Shown piece by piece: positions 61,871 to 64,000 of a stretch of 64,000 bases of DNA (within the stretch, counting starts at the first letter, position 1; the number at the start of each line of letters is the position of its first letter). The notes below the pieces were generated by a model that was not told where the DNA came from, did no database searches, and worked only from the letters and a program-made list of their open reading frames with translations. Made by a program: the position numbers and the translations under genes. The DNA lies in assembly GCA_030295235.1 (NCBI GenBank), contig AP026125.1, forward strand, positions 1,798,001 to 1,862,000, written 5' to 3'. The DNA is from Fistulifera solaris. Lineage: Eukaryota.

Positions 61871-64000
61871 ATGACTGAAACTCAGTCGGATTTGCGACGT
61901 CGTCGTCACGAACAAAAAGTCGTCCGGTGGAAGTTTCATGGAAGTTTCGAAAAGACGACAAAAGCATCAAAGGCACTTACAAGTACCTATACATCATTAC
62001 TAATAACTCCAAAGCATTCATCATGTCACCGCAGTGGGAAGGCGTTTTCGATCATTCGTTGGAAGCACCGGAGCCTGTCTGGCTGGCCCGCTGGATCAAC
62101 AAACCCGGAACAAACAAGTGGCTCCCTTTGTCCCCGGCGGATTGCAATGCGCTCAACAAAGGAACGACTGACCCGGTTTTAATCGAAGGAGGACGATCTA
62201 CTGTCTCAAATGGACGCATTTCTTATAATTTCGTTCGGGGAGCTGAACGTGAAGTCGATTACGCGACGTGGTTTATTGTTGACGAAGAGAACGGACCTAT
62301 TCCTATTTTCAATAAGCAAGATGCAGAACAAATCGAAGCATTGTATCAAGCCGCTGACAAAGCAGACCACATACAAGAAATACTAGACAAGGATGTTGTA
62401 TTACAGGATGGGCAGTATAAAGCAAAAGTGGTGAAACTTAACTCCAACGGCACAAAACTAGCAATGCGAAAAGTACCCACGGGTTGGATAGGAACGCGAT
62501 ATCAACTTCAGAGAGGTTACGGGGCGTACGATGGTCCTGTCGACTATGATACAATGTTAGGACCGGTTCGGCATCTGGTGTTTGTGATACATGGTATCGG
62601 TGAGCACGTAAGTCATCATTGCGAACGGTGTTGCTGAGACGAGTTTACAATCAGCGCCTCATTCGTTTTCAATTTAGTTTTTTAGCAAGGAAGACGTCAA
62701 ATGGCCTTCTATCGTCGAAGCTATGGATAAGATGCGACGCGGAGTTCAGGAAAAGCAAGTAGAGGGATGGGAAGAATCGAAAGGACCGTGTCCCGATCGT
62801 ATCGAATTCATTCCGATCGAGTGGTATGACAAGCTTCATGACAGTAGCACGTCTCTCATGCGCTCCCTGCGAGCTACAACGCTACAAACTATCCCTGCTC
62901 TCAGATCCATTGCGAATGATGTGATTTTGGATGTACTGCTTTACATGACACCAGCCTTCTGCGAGGCGACACTTGAATGCGTTACCTTTCAATTAACCGA
63001 GTTATATCACAAATTTCTCCACGTGTATCCCAATTTCTTATCCCAGGGTGGGACGATTTCTCTTATGGGACACTCCCTCGGGTCTGTCATTGTATGGGAC
63101 CTTTTATCAGTACTTAAAGAGAAGGAGACCAAAGGAAACCCTCAGTCTCAAACCGACTCATCTGGTCCCCAGATTCACGGAGTTTCGGTACAAAGTGACG
63201 ACAGCCAGTCGAATGAGGTGGGTTACCAAGCATACGCAGGTCACGATATTACGATGGATGGTAAAATTCAGATGGGAACATGGGGACCGTCGTTGACGAA
63301 GCCTCTCGACCAAACTATTCCTTTCCGTCCTCATTCCACTATCCTTTTAGGATCTCCACTTGGTCTGTTTCTTACTCTTCGAGGTGCTCACCCTGTCTTT
63401 GACGCGATCCGGCGGAATCACAAAATATTATTGGAGCCCTCAAGCGATGCATCTTGGGAGGGTTTAAAAGTGACATCGGAGATCTCTCCTTTTTCTTTAC
63501 CGACCGGCAGCCTTTTCAATATCTTCCATCCCAGTGACCCTGTTGCATATCGCATTGAACCATTACTTCTCCCGGTAGATCTTGATCCAGACAATTTGCC
63601 AACAGTAAGTTGTTGCGCTATTTCTGTATTCTTTTGTGGTAATTTTTGCTGTTACGCTTGTCCACTGACATGATCCTGTCCGTATCTTTTCCCTTAGCCG
63701 CTATATCTAACAGCCCTTGGGAAATCTGTTCGTTTGCACATCAAAGCCAAGCAGCTACATAGTCAACTTCGCAAAAGCGTTTTGGACACGAAAAATTCGT
63801 GGAATGTACTTCTCGCCTCTGCTGTTACAGCATTGAAAGTCGACAGCACCACTTGTGAGGCCGGAGAAAGTGCGGCTAGCAACGGCATCCTCTCACAACC
63901 TATTGTTTTTCCTCTCGGGGGCACCAGCAAAAGAATTGATTTTTCGTTACAGCCTGGGGTCATCGACAATGAGTACATAAGGTAAGATATTCAGTACGTA
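61871..64000 (+). CDS. DDHD-domain phospholipase A1 (3'-truncated by the window edge)
   Basis: HLVFVIHGIG, IEFIPIEW, GHSLGSVI, LGSPLGLFL, NIFHPSDPVAYRIEPLL, RIDF; introns 62608-62678, 63605-63697 and from 63982. Confidence 0.92.

Noticed and set aside
2611..63978. Numerous short antisense or overlapping ORFs in the track
   Set aside because: Shadows of real genes on the other strand or frame, with no recognisable motifs

Overview
Gene-dense eukaryotic nuclear DNA with short GT-AG introns and diatom-type gene families. It is most likely a pennate diatom, possibly Fistulifera-like (inference, not verified). About 27 host genes are recognisable, including TRM7, a mu-homology protein, R2R3-MYB, NAP1, a SYLF protein, Zn-ADH, glutaminyl cyclase, two Tweety-like paralogues, two paralogous kinases, RPA12, Rab, NAA60, a 2H phosphodiesterase, SET, Kelch-BTB, TYW3-Kelch, an HSP90-N-like/DUF2009 fusion, CIA30 and a DDHD phospholipase. 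Many carry single-base frameshifts, which probably reflect assembly errors. Main highlights: (1) a full-length Ty1/copia element at 24788-30957 with apparently identical 368-bp LTRs, TG..GA termini and a 6-bp TSD. It has no 3'-CCA-type PBS but a 16-17 nt match to the D-arm of initiator tRNA-Met, and gag and pol are separated by one in-frame UGA. (2) An intron-containing tyrosine recombinase (Crypton-like) spread across frameshifted ORFs at 1-2011. (3) A roughly 400-nt intergenic stretch at 53.8-54.2 kb that folds extensively on the minus strand and matches no RNA family I recognise. (4) Several palindromic or tandem repeat arrays.
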